The notes under the pieces: generated by a model
Told to the model about the DNA's origin: nothing
The model's input: the letters and a program-made list of their open reading frames with translations, nothing else
Database searches by the model: none
Source: an uncultured Cytophagia bacterium
Lineage (GTDB): Bacteria > Zhuqueibacterota > Zhuqueibacteria > Residuimicrobiales > Krinioviventaceae
Reading direction: 5' to 3'
Length of the DNA stretch: 37,348 nucleotides
Assembly: GCA_964414825.1 (NCBI GenBank)
Contig: CAYPZM010000005.1
Span: forward strand, 1 to 37,348
Position numbers and translations under genes: made by a program
Part shown: one piece after another, positions 17,791 to 27,589 of the stretch
Layout of the letters: the number at the start of each line of letters is the position of its first letter
How positions within the stretch are numbered: position 1 is the stretch's first letter

Positions 17791-18132
17791 ATGACTCGCT
17801 ATGCCATCCCTATCGCAAATGGCCAATTGGCCATGCATTTTGGGCATGCATCACAATTTGCTATTTTGGATTACAACCCGGAAACCAAATCCATAGAAAA
17901 AAATGAAATGCAAACCCCGCCGCCGCACGAACCGGGTGTACTGCCGCGGTGGCTGCACGAGAACGGTGTTAACACCATTATTGCCGGCGGTATGGGCCAG
18001 CGCGCCGTGATGCTGTTTGCACAAAACGGCATTACTGTAATCACGGGCGCCACAAGCGGCGCGCCGGAAGAGATTGTTTTGGCTCACGCCAACGACGAGC
18101 TGGTGACCGGCGATAATGTGTGCGATCACTGA
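17791..18132 (+). CDS. NifB/NifX family protein (HFGH...PPPHEPG...NVCDH type)
   Basis: YAIP, MHFGH, PPPHEPGVLPRWL, IIAGGMGQRA, GDNVCDH. AAGGAG RBS. Confidence 0.9.
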   Translation: MTRYAIPIANGQLAMHFGHASQFAILDYNPETKSIEKNEMQTPPPHEPGVLPRWLHENGVNTIIAGGMGQRAVMLFAQNGITVITGATSGAPEEIVLAHANDELVTGDNVCDH

Positions 18133-18234
18133 TCAAATTTCATTTCATCTTTCCAATATTTTTGGAAGCATTTGACCCAAAAGTCGGTTCCTAGCGTTTG
18201 TAATACAAGCGAATCGATCTTTGTGAGGTTCATC

Positions 18235-18840
18235 ATGAAAACGCATGTTTTCAAAACCCTGTTTTTTACTTTGTTGGTTCTGCTGTTACCGCACCTGACG
18301 CTTGCGCAATCCGACCGCGATTCCTGGCAGCAGCCCATGAAAATCATGGATGTTTTGGGCATCAAACCCGGAATGGTCATTGGAGAAGCTGGCGCCGGGG
18401 ATGGTTATTTCACTTTTTTTCTGTCTGAGCGGGTGGGAGAGAGCGGTCACGTTTATGCGAATGATATTGTCAAATCCAAGCTGAAAAGCATTGAACGACA
18501 GTGCGAGCGCGACAGCATCACAAATATTACCACCATTTTGGGCGAGCCGGATGACCCGCTGTTCCCGAAAAACAAACTGGATATGGTGGTGATGATGCGC
18601 GTGTTTCATCACATTCAAGAGCCAGAGAAATGGATGAAACATGTGATCCCCAGCATGAAACCCGGGGCACCCATGGTCATCATCGATGCCGATCCGGATA
18701 AAACCGGCCGCCGCCGTCGAGACCATTTTATGACCCGCGAACAGGTGCTCGACGCCATGGCCGAAACCGATTTCGAACTGGACCGTATCGAAACCTTTCT
18801 CGATCGCGATAATATTTATGTGTTTTCTTTAAAAAATTAA
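18235..18840 (+). CDS. Class I SAM-dependent methyltransferase with signal peptide
   Basis: GAGG RBS, hydrophobic leader ending TLA-Q, RDSWQQP, GAGDGYF, VYANDI, KPGA. Confidence 0.82.
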   Translation: MKTHVFKTLFFTLLVLLLPHLTLAQSDRDSWQQPMKIMDVLGIKPGMVIGEAGAGDGYFTFFLSERVGESGHVYANDIVKSKLKSIERQCERDSITNITTILGEPDDPLFPKNKLDMVVMMRVFHHIQEPEKWMKHVIPSMKPGAPMVIIDADPDKTGRRRRDHFMTREQVLDAMAETDFELDRIETFLDRDNIYVFSLKN

Positions 18841-18880
18841 ACCGACTCGCATTTACTCGAAATTAAACGATTAGCTCAAC

Positions 18881-18906
18881 AAAAAGGGCGAAAAGTAGCC
18901 CGCCCC
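18881..18906 (-). terminator. Intrinsic terminator between convergent genes
   Basis: Minus strand GGGCG-GGCTACTTTT-CGCCC-TTTTT. Confidence 0.6.
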
Positions 18907-18970
18907 ATTTATCGTTGAATTATTTCTTCCTTTTTGTCATAGACACACATCATCGTTCTCGCACGTGCTT

Positions 18971-20014
18971 TTACCGCATCAAGGCCATCTTGCGCATTTG
19001 CGAAAACTCGTCCGTCGTCAATTCATAAACATAAACACCACTCGGGACATTTTGTCCATTGCTATTCCGGCCGTCCCAGGTCAGAGTATGCATTCCATTG
19101 GCAGTTTGTTCATTCAGCAGGTTGCGGACGAGTTCGCCTCGAACATTATACACGTTCAACTGGGCTAGCGTGGTTTTTGGAATTGTGAATGTGATTTGCG
19201 TTGAAGGATTAAACGGATTCGGGTAATTGGCCTTCAGTGCGAATCCGGGTGCCATTGAACCATATTTGGCTTTAATCGCAGTCATTTCCATAGTATACAG
19301 GCTATCGACTTGATCCGCACTCAGCGCATAGTTGAAAAATTTGACATCATCGATCAAGCCGTTCCAGGAATTTCGATACGTGCCCTCAATTTTGGCGCCA
19401 ATGACCAGTGGATCGGGAGTCAGGCCAACCATGTTGCCGTCGGCCGAACCTTCAACATCCAGCTCGCCATCCACATAAAGAAAGGCGAAAGTGTCATCAT
19501 AAATCCCGACAATGTGGTGCCACTCGCCGTCATCGATGGTTATGTTGCCGTAAAGGTTGAACGGTTGTGAGCCATCTTCGTCCTTGGCTTTAAAGTGAAT
19601 GCCGTTAACCGTTCCACTGCCGCCGCTGTTGTTGCGCTCCAGAAAAAATTTGTCATTTTTGAAAATGATGCCCTGCCAGTCTTGAGTGAATTCGAATACG
19701 GCCACCCAAACTGAAACGGTGAACATTGTGCCCAACTCGTCGAACAACGACATGTCCGTATCATCGACAATGATAAAACTGGAATCGTCCTCGCATTGGA
19801 TGGCGCCTCCGTAATATCCGGCTTCGGGCTGCCACACAATATTGCCAACCCAGGTGCCATCGCGATCTCCGGCCACATCCTCGGCAATCTCTCCTTCAGC
19901 CTCGTCGAACGTCCAATGCGCAATGGGTGGGTCCATAGCATACCCGTTTATCCCCAGCAACGCCAATGCTAGCACAACAGCAATTCTTGTGATGGTGCAG
20001 TTCTCAGTTTTCAT
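18971..20014 (-). CDS. Secreted LamG/concanavalin-like jelly-roll protein with FlgD-Ig/T9SS-like C-terminal domain
   Basis: Signal peptide, AHWTFDE, WHHIVGIYD...LYVDG, GLIDDVKFFNYALS, NYPNPFNPST...WDGRN. Confidence 0.85.
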   Translation of the reverse strand: MKTENCTITRIAVVLALALLGINGYAMDPPIAHWTFDEAEGEIAEDVAGDRDGTWVGNIVWQPEAGYYGGAIQCEDDSSFIIVDDTDMSLFDELGTMFTVSVWVAVFEFTQDWQGIIFKNDKFFLERNNSGGSGTVNGIHFKAKDEDGSQPFNLYGNITIDDGEWHHIVGIYDDTFAFLYVDGELDVEGSADGNMVGLTPDPLVIGAKIEGTYRNSWNGLIDDVKFFNYALSADQVDSLYTMEMTAIKAKYGSMAPGFALKANYPNPFNPSTQITFTIPKTTLAQLNVYNVRGELVRNLLNEQTANGMHTLTWDGRNSNGQNVPSGVYVYELTTDEFSQMRKMALMR

Positions 20015-20165
20015 GATGCCTCCAACGTTTGTTGCAATTCTGTTTCTGGCATTATTGCCCTTAAATTCAATATATCAATCCAGGGGTTAATGGCAAGACC
20101 AAAGGTAGATAAATTTTTCTCGAACTGATCAAGCACATTAGCAAAGTGAACAAGGTATAAACAGA

Positions 20166-20193
20166 AAAAGGCGCGAAAATCTCCGCGCCTTTT
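20166..20193. terminator. Intrinsic terminator downstream of the Gfo/Idh/MocA gene
   Basis: AAAAGGCGCG-AAAATCTC-CGCGCCTTTT. Confidence 0.75.
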
Positions 20194-20222
20194 CATTGTG
20201 CAAATAATATGTATAATTCGTC

Positions 20223-21662
20223 CTAGCTCAAATCCGGAACCACAAAAGGCGCGCGATATTCTTCACGTCGCAACAGTGCATCGGCTTCATCGTCATCGGC
20301 AAACTGCTCTTTGCGGCCGTCAAAGGTCAGCTCGCGTCCCAACATGTAGGAGATGTTGCCGAGGTGCGGCAGCACGCTGGAACGGTGTCCGACTTCAATG
20401 TCGCAATTCAGCATTTCCTGTTTGCCCGAGCGAACGGCTTCGATAAAGTTGCCGTAATGGCCGCCGGTCCCTGTGCCCACAGTGACCAAGGCATCCGATT
20501 CTTCAGCTTCGATGTTTTCGGAATTGGGTCCGGGCTCGCCTTTGTAACCAAAATAGGTTTTCCAGTTGCCACCGGCGTCGATTTCCAGCCAGCCATCGCT
20601 GCCATAGAATACGTTACCGATCTTGATTTCGCCATCAGCATTGGTGAACAAGCCGCGTGTGGCGAATTCAAACAAAGTACCATCTGCATACTCGAAGATC
20701 GTGGTTTGCGTATTGGGGGTATTTTGCTGAGAATCGAAAATATAATAACCGCCCATAGAGCGCACTTTTACCGGGTACTCGTCCTTGTTAATGCCCCAGC
20801 GACCAATGTCGAATTGATGCGGGCCCTGGTTTCCGGTGTCGCCATTGCCATACTCGAAATTCCAGTGCCAATTGTAATGGAATCGGTTGCGGTTGAACGG
20901 GCGTTTGCGTGCCGGTCCGAGCCACATGTCATAATGCACTTTGGAAAGATATTGTTCGGTAAAAGTGGGCATTTTGCCGGATTTGTCGGTGCGCAGGTAA
21001 AATGCTTCCGTGGGCTCCATGGGGCCATCGGGATAGCGGCCAATGTCCCAGCGTGGTTTGTAACACAATCCGCGCGCCATATAAATGGTGCCAATGCCGC
21101 CTTCGTGCAAGAATTTCATGGCAGCCATGGTGTTTTTTCGGGAACGGTTTTGGAATCCGACCTGAACCAGCACATTATTGGCGCGTGCCGCGTGCACCAT
21201 TTGGCGGCCTTCCCACACAGACCAGCTCGACGGTTTTTCAACGTACACGTGCTTTTTCGCTTGAGCAGCCCAAATGGTACCGAGTGCATGCCAGTGATTT
21301 GGCGTGGCAAAGGTGACGGCATCGATGTCTTTGTCGTCAAACACTTTGCGCATATCCCATTCCGTGCCCGGGGTATAGCCAAATTCTTTGTTGATGCGGT
21401 CCAAACGTTCGGGGAAGAGGTTTTCATCCACATCACAGATGGTTTTGATCTCTACGCCAGGAATTTTGCCAAAGCCGCCAATGTGACTGCCACCTTGGCC
21501 GCGAATACCGATATTGGCAATGATAACCCGGTCGTTGGCACCCAGGACTTTGCTGGGATAAAAGGGGCCAGTAATGGCGCCCACTGCTGCCACAGCCGCT
21601 GTAGTTTGCGAAGAACGTTTCACAAATTCACGACGTGTCATATCGTGTTTTTCTTCTGCCAT
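20223..21662 (-). CDS. Tat-exported Gfo/Idh/MocA family oxidoreductase
   Basis: TRREFVK twin-arginine leader, GIRGQG, ATPNHWH, HVYVEKP, YDMWLGPA, NQGPHQFD. Confidence 0.92.
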   Translation of the reverse strand: MAEEKHDMTRREFVKRSSQTTAAVAAVGAITGPFYPSKVLGANDRVIIANIGIRGQGGSHIGGFGKIPGVEIKTICDVDENLFPERLDRINKEFGYTPGTEWDMRKVFDDKDIDAVTFATPNHWHALGTIWAAQAKKHVYVEKPSSWSVWEGRQMVHAARANNVLVQVGFQNRSRKNTMAAMKFLHEGGIGTIYMARGLCYKPRWDIGRYPDGPMEPTEAFYLRTDKSGKMPTFTEQYLSKVHYDMWLGPARKRPFNRNRFHYNWHWNFEYGNGDTGNQGPHQFDIGRWGINKDEYPVKVRSMGGYYIFDSQQNTPNTQTTIFEYADGTLFEFATRGLFTNADGEIKIGNVFYGSDGWLEIDAGGNWKTYFGYKGEPGPNSENIEAEESDALVTVGTGTGGHYGNFIEAVRSGKQEMLNCDIEVGHRSSVLPHLGNISYMLGRELTFDGRKEQFADDDEADALLRREEYRAPFVVPDLS

Positions 21663-21869
21663 GTTACACTCCTTCTTTCTTTCATAAGGTTAAGGTGACT
21701 CATATGTTCTATTATAAGTTCTTTTCACACAATATGCAAGTATTGTGATAATTGATGCCAAAATTGTTTGTAGAACGGAAAACCGAGCTCCAAGTTCCTT
21801 GTTTTTTGGATACTGACACATGGTATTCCGCCCAACAGGTTATGAAGTTGTGCCATATTTGCCGCAGCA

Positions 21870-24284
21870 CTATTGTATCAACAAGGCTTTTTGAACAGAG
21901 GAAAAGCGCAAAGTGGTCATTCGGATGAAATAGAGGCCATTGCCGAGCTCCGAATTCGACTCCCATTGAACATGATGGCGTCCGGAGGGCCGAACATCGT
22001 CCACCAAAGTGCTCACTTTTTGTCCCCGCGCATTATAAATGGAAATGGTCACGTGCGCGGTTTCTGCCAGGCTGAATGGAATAGTTGTGCGCGGATTAAA
22101 CGGGTTGGGATAATTTTGTCCCATTTGAAATTCCAATGGCATATTATGTTTCTCGCCAACCTTTACCTCGTACGGCGCAGGATAAATCCAGGTGCCGATG
22201 CAACTGCCCTTAAAGAGCTCGCCGGTGTGCGGATTGACTTTCATGGCGCTCATTCCATTGCGTGGCAGGTTTTCCGTAATGCCCTGCCACGATTCGCCGC
22301 CATCCAAACTGCGAAAAATGCAAGAGATACCATTCTCAAACATGCCGGCGTACAAAATGCCGGGCACATTCGGATCCGCTGTAACCGTGCGCACAAAATT
22401 GGCGGAGGAATGACCGTTGGCAAGCTGCAGCACATTCAGACTGGTCCACTCGCTACCATCAAATGCAGCAAGGTCGTACTTGGAATCAAGCGTATATAGT
22501 TTGTCCGGATCAAACGGGTCGGCAGCAAAGGTCGGCAAATTATCCAGACGAATAAAGCGCCAGCCGGGTTTGGCGTACACTTCCCAGCTTGTGCCGCGAT
22601 CTAACGAGCGCAAGATGACGCGGCGGTCTTTGTCCATGGCAAAAATCACATCCGGCTCGGCCCGGCACATGCCCACCAGCGTCGAGTTTGTATACGGTGA
22701 TGGAAATTCGATGGGCGTAAAGTTGCGCCCGGCATCGGTTGAAATTTTATCGCCGGCATAAACCGTATTGGGATCGTTTGGATGAAACGCGATGAACAGA
22801 TTCATATCCTCTTGATCCGCACCTTCCGTGACCAGCGACCAGCTTTTGCCGTTATTGGCCGTGCGCATGAGCTGGGTTTTGAAATAATCGCCGACCGAAG
22901 CGACGATCACTTGAGAGCCCTCGAGCGGCTGAAAATCACCCGAATACGCGCCCAGCCAGCCAATCAGTCCGGCCTGATACCAGTTCCAGGCATTCGGATT
23001 GGTGTTGGGTTCAAAATAATCACCGCCGGTTAATGTGATGCGCATGCCGACATCGTTATTAAAAAAAGCAAAGCGCTCCGAATCCAGCGGATCAAACGCA
23101 GCCGCATCGTTCCACCAGCTCCAGGCATTGCCGGTAAAGCCGGTGGCGCTTTCGTTAAACTGCTCGCCGCCATCCGTGGTTTTGAACAACGTGGAGCGTG
23201 AAAATGCCACGGCCTCATCCACATTTTGGGGATTCGGAACCAGGCCGGACAAGTCGCCATCAATCCAACGCCGCCAACCGTTTTCGCGACCGAGGCCGGG
23301 AAATGTGGATATCGGGCCAAAATCCTGCCAGGTCTCGCCATTGTCGTCACTATAAATCGAAGTTTTATTCAATCCAATGAGATACAATTTATCCGGAAAT
23401 CCGGGATTCATGACCACACGCGTTGCCGGATGGGATATGATCTTTTCAAACGTAACGCCACCATCGATGGAGCGGTAGAGTCCATCATTACGAATCGTGG
23501 CATATATCGTATCCGGCTGTTGCGGATGGATCGCGATAGAGGTTACGGATCCGGTTGGCAGATCGCCAGCTTGCTGCAAATTTTCGCCGCGATTCGAGCT
23601 CGCATATAGCCCTTTGTCTGTACCGACATAAACCGTCGATCCATCGCTGGGATGGCAGTACACGCCGTGAATAGTGGCATGCCCGGAAAGCGAGCTGACC
23701 TTTTCCCAAGTTTGTCCGCCATCCTCGGAACAAAACAGCCCGTTGTTCGGAAACGCAGCATACCAACGTTGCGCCGATGCATCGCCGTCGCAACTGGCCA
23801 GGTCATACTCGATGTTGTGCCGATAAACGCGATGCCGGCTACTCGCATAATTCACATTCGTCTGCAGCACCAGCTCCCAGGAATCGCCGCCGTCTGTGGA
23901 GCGATAGAGGCCTTCAAATTCTTCGGCGAGATAATTGTAAGAGTTGTCGACAATGATAAATACCAGATGGGAATCATTCGGATCAACCATGATGGATTGA
24001 CCAAAGGGCAAAAACAATCCAATGTCCAGACACTTTTGCCAGGTTTCGCCGGCATCCGTGCTTTTCCAGGCGCCGCCGACATCGTGCGACAAATAAATGC
24101 GATCCGGGACATTCAAGCACCGGGCAATCGAATGCGGATGCTGCTCACCTTCGCCCCCGAATTTTCCTTGCTCGAATTCCCGTTGCGAGCGGATGGGCAA
24201 GACGCGCCAATTGCCGGGTTCTTGAGCGAGTCCCTGGATTGAAATAAAAACGATCAAAAATATAAAGGTTGTAACGGTTTTCAT
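21870..24284 (-). CDS. Secreted BNR/Asp-box beta-propeller protein (GH74/Vps10-like) with T9SS-like C-terminal domain
   Basis: Repeated S.DGG.TW boxes, DVGGAWKS motif, NYPNPFNP C-terminal domain, signal peptide. Confidence 0.82.
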   Translation of the reverse strand: MKTVTTFIFLIVFISIQGLAQEPGNWRVLPIRSQREFEQGKFGGEGEQHPHSIARCLNVPDRIYLSHDVGGAWKSTDAGETWQKCLDIGLFLPFGQSIMVDPNDSHLVFIIVDNSYNYLAEEFEGLYRSTDGGDSWELVLQTNVNYASSRHRVYRHNIEYDLASCDGDASAQRWYAAFPNNGLFCSEDGGQTWEKVSSLSGHATIHGVYCHPSDGSTVYVGTDKGLYASSNRGENLQQAGDLPTGSVTSIAIHPQQPDTIYATIRNDGLYRSIDGGVTFEKIISHPATRVVMNPGFPDKLYLIGLNKTSIYSDDNGETWQDFGPISTFPGLGRENGWRRWIDGDLSGLVPNPQNVDEAVAFSRSTLFKTTDGGEQFNESATGFTGNAWSWWNDAAAFDPLDSERFAFFNNDVGMRITLTGGDYFEPNTNPNAWNWYQAGLIGWLGAYSGDFQPLEGSQVIVASVGDYFKTQLMRTANNGKSWSLVTEGADQEDMNLFIAFHPNDPNTVYAGDKISTDAGRNFTPIEFPSPYTNSTLVGMCRAEPDVIFAMDKDRRVILRSLDRGTSWEVYAKPGWRFIRLDNLPTFAADPFDPDKLYTLDSKYDLAAFDGSEWTSLNVLQLANGHSSANFVRTVTADPNVPGILYAGMFENGISCIFRSLDGGESWQGITENLPRNGMSAMKVNPHTGELFKGSCIGTWIYPAPYEVKVGEKHNMPLEFQMGQNYPNPFNPRTTIPFSLAETAHVTISIYNARGQKVSTLVDDVRPSGRHHVQWESNSELGNGLYFIRMTTLRFSSVQKALLIQ

Positions 24285-24438
24285 GCAAACTCCTTTTTTG
24301 AGAGCTAAAAGTGCGATTTGACTCGGCTGCTGGTTAATTCAAGTCATTTCGAGAGGACCTTGTCCTGAATGTTTTTGAGAAAATTTCTCTACAAAACATA
24401 TTGATCGGAAGAATGGATGTCAAGAGGTTCATGGTGAG

Positions 24439-24467
24439 AAAAGCGGGGCACCTTATGCCCCGCCTTT
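24439..24467 (-). terminator. Intrinsic terminator
   Basis: GCGGGGCA-N5-TGCCCCGC, read with TTTT on the minus strand just after the 24470 stop. Confidence 0.75.
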
Positions 24468-24469
24468 GA

Positions 24470-25981
24470 TTATTTGATCAGCAGCATTCGTTTGGTTTCG
24501 CTAAAGTTTTCCGTTTGCAGGCGGTACAAATACACGCCGCTGCCCCGTTGTGAACCATCAAAATTGACCGCATAAGAGCCGGCGACTTGATGTTCATCCA
24601 CCAATGTCGCAATTTTGTGTCCTATGAGATTATAAACGTCAAGCTGAACCTGAGATTGTCCAGGGATGGAATACCGAATTTCCGTGCTTGGATTGAACGG
24701 GTTCGGCGTATTTTGCATCAACGTGTAGCCGGATGGAGTGATTTCAGACGTGGTTTTCACCGCCGTACCGGTTCCGCTCATCTGTACCAAACTAATATCA
24801 TCGAGCGTGACATGAAAGGAATCGACCGCGGCTTCGCTTCCGACTTTGATGCCAAAATAAACCTCAGTCGGCTCACCGGCAGTTCCCGGTGCCACATATT
24901 CGGTGGTATTGTTTCCGGCACAAGCGTAACTGCGAAACGTGCCGTTGATTTGATCACCACTGCAGCCGTCACCCGAACTGAAACCGGTCAACAAAGCCGA
25001 ATTTGATTCTCCCGCCGGAGTCCAATCCTGGCCCTCGATGGGTTCTTCTGAGCTCAAATAAACCTGGCACCAAAAGCCGTCTTCCAAAATGCCACTGACA
25101 TGCCGAAAACCGCCGTTGAACTGATACGTAGCTCCACCCATAAGCTCGACTTTTTGCCAAATCAGCCCATTAATCGCTTCGCCCTGCGGTTGACCTTTGA
25201 TGATCATGCAGTTATTGTGACCAAGAGCGGGGGCGTTTTCCGTCGAATCCGAGAGCACTACATTGAGGGGCTGACCGCCGGTTAAATTAAAAACATTCCA
25301 GCCGGTGTCATCTTCAAAATCGCCATTTTCAATGAAATTGGGACGCAATGAAATATCATCCACCAGGATTTCAAATTCCGTGCCTCCCCAACCGGCGCCG
25401 GTTTTTAAGCCAATAAACACCGGGACGGTTTCGCCCGTAGCTGCGGGAGCTCGGTACAAGGCCGTATGATTGGGATCGCATGCATCGTCCATAAAAGTCC
25501 CATCGACTCCCAAACCCGCGCAACCAGACCAGGAGTTGAATCCATACATGCGGTCCGAATGGGTAGCGCCAATGGGCGTCCAGTCCACGCCATCCACTGG
25601 CGCCTCGGTGCTGACATACATTTGAAACCAGGAGCCGTTTTCAAAATCACCGTAAATGCCCGTCCAGGCGGCATCGCACACATAGGTTTTGCCACCTTGC
25701 AATTCCACTTGCTGCCAAATGAGCCCATTAATCCATTCACCATTCATCAGCAAGCCGTAAAAATAAAGGCAGGCATCGCCGCTGCCATGAGCCGGACGCT
25801 CTTCTGTATAAGGAAAGACGTATTCTACCTCGTCGGGTGTTCCACCGTTAAAGACTGTCCAGCCCGTGTCATCCTCGAAACTGCCGTTGACGACCACATT
25901 TTGACCATAGGCGGGAAAACCGATACACAAGAAAATCGCAAAAGCCAACAAACAAACTGCGTATTGCTTAGCATGAATCAT
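24470..25981 (-). CDS. Secreted protein with two tandem CBM4/9-like beta-sandwich repeats and T9SS-like C-terminal domain
   Basis: GGAGG RBS favours the MIHAK start (25981). Duplicated NG.FEDDTGW..INGLIWQ.VEL..DDISL unit, then QNTPNPFNPST. Confidence 0.8.
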   Translation of the reverse strand: MIHAKQYAVCLLAFAIFLCIGFPAYGQNVVVNGSFEDDTGWTVFNGGTPDEVEYVFPYTEERPAHGSGDACLYFYGLLMNGEWINGLIWQQVELQGGKTYVCDAAWTGIYGDFENGSWFQMYVSTEAPVDGVDWTPIGATHSDRMYGFNSWSGCAGLGVDGTFMDDACDPNHTALYRAPAATGETVPVFIGLKTGAGWGGTEFEILVDDISLRPNFIENGDFEDDTGWNVFNLTGGQPLNVVLSDSTENAPALGHNNCMIIKGQPQGEAINGLIWQKVELMGGATYQFNGGFRHVSGILEDGFWCQVYLSSEEPIEGQDWTPAGESNSALLTGFSSGDGCSGDQINGTFRSYACAGNNTTEYVAPGTAGEPTEVYFGIKVGSEAAVDSFHVTLDDISLVQMSGTGTAVKTTSEITPSGYTLMQNTPNPFNPSTEIRYSIPGQSQVQLDVYNLIGHKIATLVDEHQVAGSYAVNFDGSQRGSGVYLYRLQTENFSETKRMLLIK

Positions 25982-26260
25982 AATTTCGTCCTCCAACATG
26001 ATTAATGATGTGTGAATTATTGGTTAGGATTGCCTGGTTACCTCCTTTCCTTTGAACATCAGCGGTAAAGACGCATATTTCACACAATGTCGGAGTGGTA
26101 AGAGTGGTTCATTGTGGTGCAAGAGTGATACGCGTCTATAGCTACTTGTATGTAGTGGATTTTTTTCACTTTTTCAAGTAATGTTGCAATGTTTTTTTAG
26201 GATTAAAAAAATGGGATCGATGAAAATATCGAATTTTCGATTGGTAGTGAGAAAGGTGCA

Positions 26261-26303
26261 CGAGTTAATCGCCGCAAAATCTGATTTAGCGGCGATTAAC
26301 TCG
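26261..26303. repeat. Perfect 15-bp inverted repeat (REP-like hairpin)
   Basis: CGAGTTAATCGCCGC-N13-GCGGCGATTAACTCG, no U tract. Confidence 0.7.
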
Positions 26304-26330
26304 CAATATTGATAGTATGTGTTAGCAAAA

Positions 26331-27035
26331 TCAATCCGGACTCAGTTCGGTTATTGGCGTCAATGTTAATTGACGAAATTCCACTTCCGCGCCTTCAGCT
26401 TGTACAGCAATCTGCCCTTGCGTGGCTGTGGCGTCATAACCAAAATTGACCAGATCGTCGTTCACCCATACTTTGATCGAATCGTCAAGGCACTCGATGA
26501 TCATTTTGTTCCACTCGCCCAAAGGATTTTCAGAGCCATCGGTCAAGTTGAGAATGCGCCGTTTTTTGCCTTCGGTAATGCCCCATTCCTCTTGGGGACC
26601 GCGGCGTTCCACCATATTGGGCACGGTAATGTCTTCCACAATGCACCAAAAGTCGCCGGCGTTCTCGTGCATCATTTGTACCTCAATGGATTGCGGGAAC
26701 ATGTCATACAACGCGCGCGGCGTGGAGGCGTGCACCAGGATGCCACAGTTTCCCGGCTCGCCGGCAAAGCGGTATACGGCTTCCAAGCGGTAATCTTGAT
26801 ACACAGAGTCGGTAATCAAGTGTCCCCGCGGTTCGCCCAAACTGACCAAAAAGCTGTCGCGAACCACGAACGGAGGTTGAAGCTCGGGATTCTCATCCAT
26901 GGCCGGAACATCCATGTGCCAGCCGCTCAGGTTTTCGCCGTTGAACAGCTCAATAGTTTCAGGTTCAGTTTGTTGACTAGCGCAAGTCCACAACAGCAGG
27001 CTGCAAATCATCAACAATCCCAGGGGTTTCCACAT
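26331..27035 (-). CDS. DUF1080 (3-keto-disaccharide hydrolase-like) lipoprotein
   Basis: Lipobox-like LLWTC, LFNGENLSGW, GNCGIL, IEVQ, GEWN, IAVQAEG..VEFR. Confidence 0.88.
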   Translation of the reverse strand: MWKPLGLLMICSLLLWTCASQQTEPETIELFNGENLSGWHMDVPAMDENPELQPPFVVRDSFLVSLGEPRGHLITDSVYQDYRLEAVYRFAGEPGNCGILVHASTPRALYDMFPQSIEVQMMHENAGDFWCIVEDITVPNMVERRGPQEEWGITEGKKRRILNLTDGSENPLGEWNKMIIECLDDSIKVWVNDDLVNFGYDATATQGQIAVQAEGAEVEFRQLTLTPITELSPD

Positions 27036-27127
27036 ACTTTTTCTCCTTGTTTTGAGGGTAAACGTTTTTAATATTTTATAAAATATCTTGATTCTTGCAC
27101 TAAAATCAAAGTTTAATGTTCACGGGA

Positions 27128-27589
27128 TCAAAACTGATTCGCCCACTCTCGCGCGCGTTCCAGCTCTCCTTCTTTTAGCGGACCTTCAGTATCTTGCACA
27201 AAAAACCCTTCGGGAGGCACTGCCACCTCGCCACCTTTGGTTTTTAGCTTTTTGGCCAACGGCTCCGCCGCATAACCGAATAACTTTATCATCTTTTTCA
27301 GAAATTTTGAATCCGTATCCTCTGCCGAAATTCGAGTGTCAAAGGCGGATACCCGAATGCCATGCAGTCCTTTTCTATGAATTTTGTTGATAAACTGTAT
27401 TACGGGTGGTGTGGCTTTGAACGCGCGAGTTGGGGATCCAACAATCAAGAGGTCCACGTCCTGCAATGAATCGGGATCGGCATCTCCAACCCGGGTTGCG
27501 GTTGCGCGCGATTTCAAGCCATCCGCAATGGCCTGCGCGATTTTTTCCGTGTTGCCAAAATACGAGTCGTACACGATTAGGGCTTTCAT
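27128..27589 (-). CDS. Flavodoxin family protein
   Basis: VYDSYFGNTEKIA, LLIVGSPT, AFDTR, EGPLKEGELERA. Confidence 0.88.
   Translation of the reverse strand: MKALIVYDSYFGNTEKIAQAIADGLKSRATATRVGDADPDSLQDVDLLIVGSPTRAFKATPPVIQFINKIHRKGLHGIRVSAFDTRISAEDTDSKFLKKMIKLFGYAAEPLAKKLKTKGGEVAVPPEGFFVQDTEGPLKEGELERAREWANQF

Noticed and set aside
13469-18132. Nitrogen fixation cluster
   Set aside because: NifB/NifX-like domains and P-loop ATPases are present, but there is no nifH/D/K. The ATPases are COG1149 type.
20364-21698. 444-aa ORF on the + strand
   Set aside because: Antisense shadow of the well-supported Gfo/Idh/MocA gene, with no motifs or RBS.
26370-27071. 233-aa + strand ORF
   Set aside because: Antisense shadow of the DUF1080 gene.
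27071-27086. Perfect 16-bp palindrome ATATTTTATAAAATAT
   Set aside because: A/T only, in an AT-rich spacer, with no second copy seen. Could be chance.
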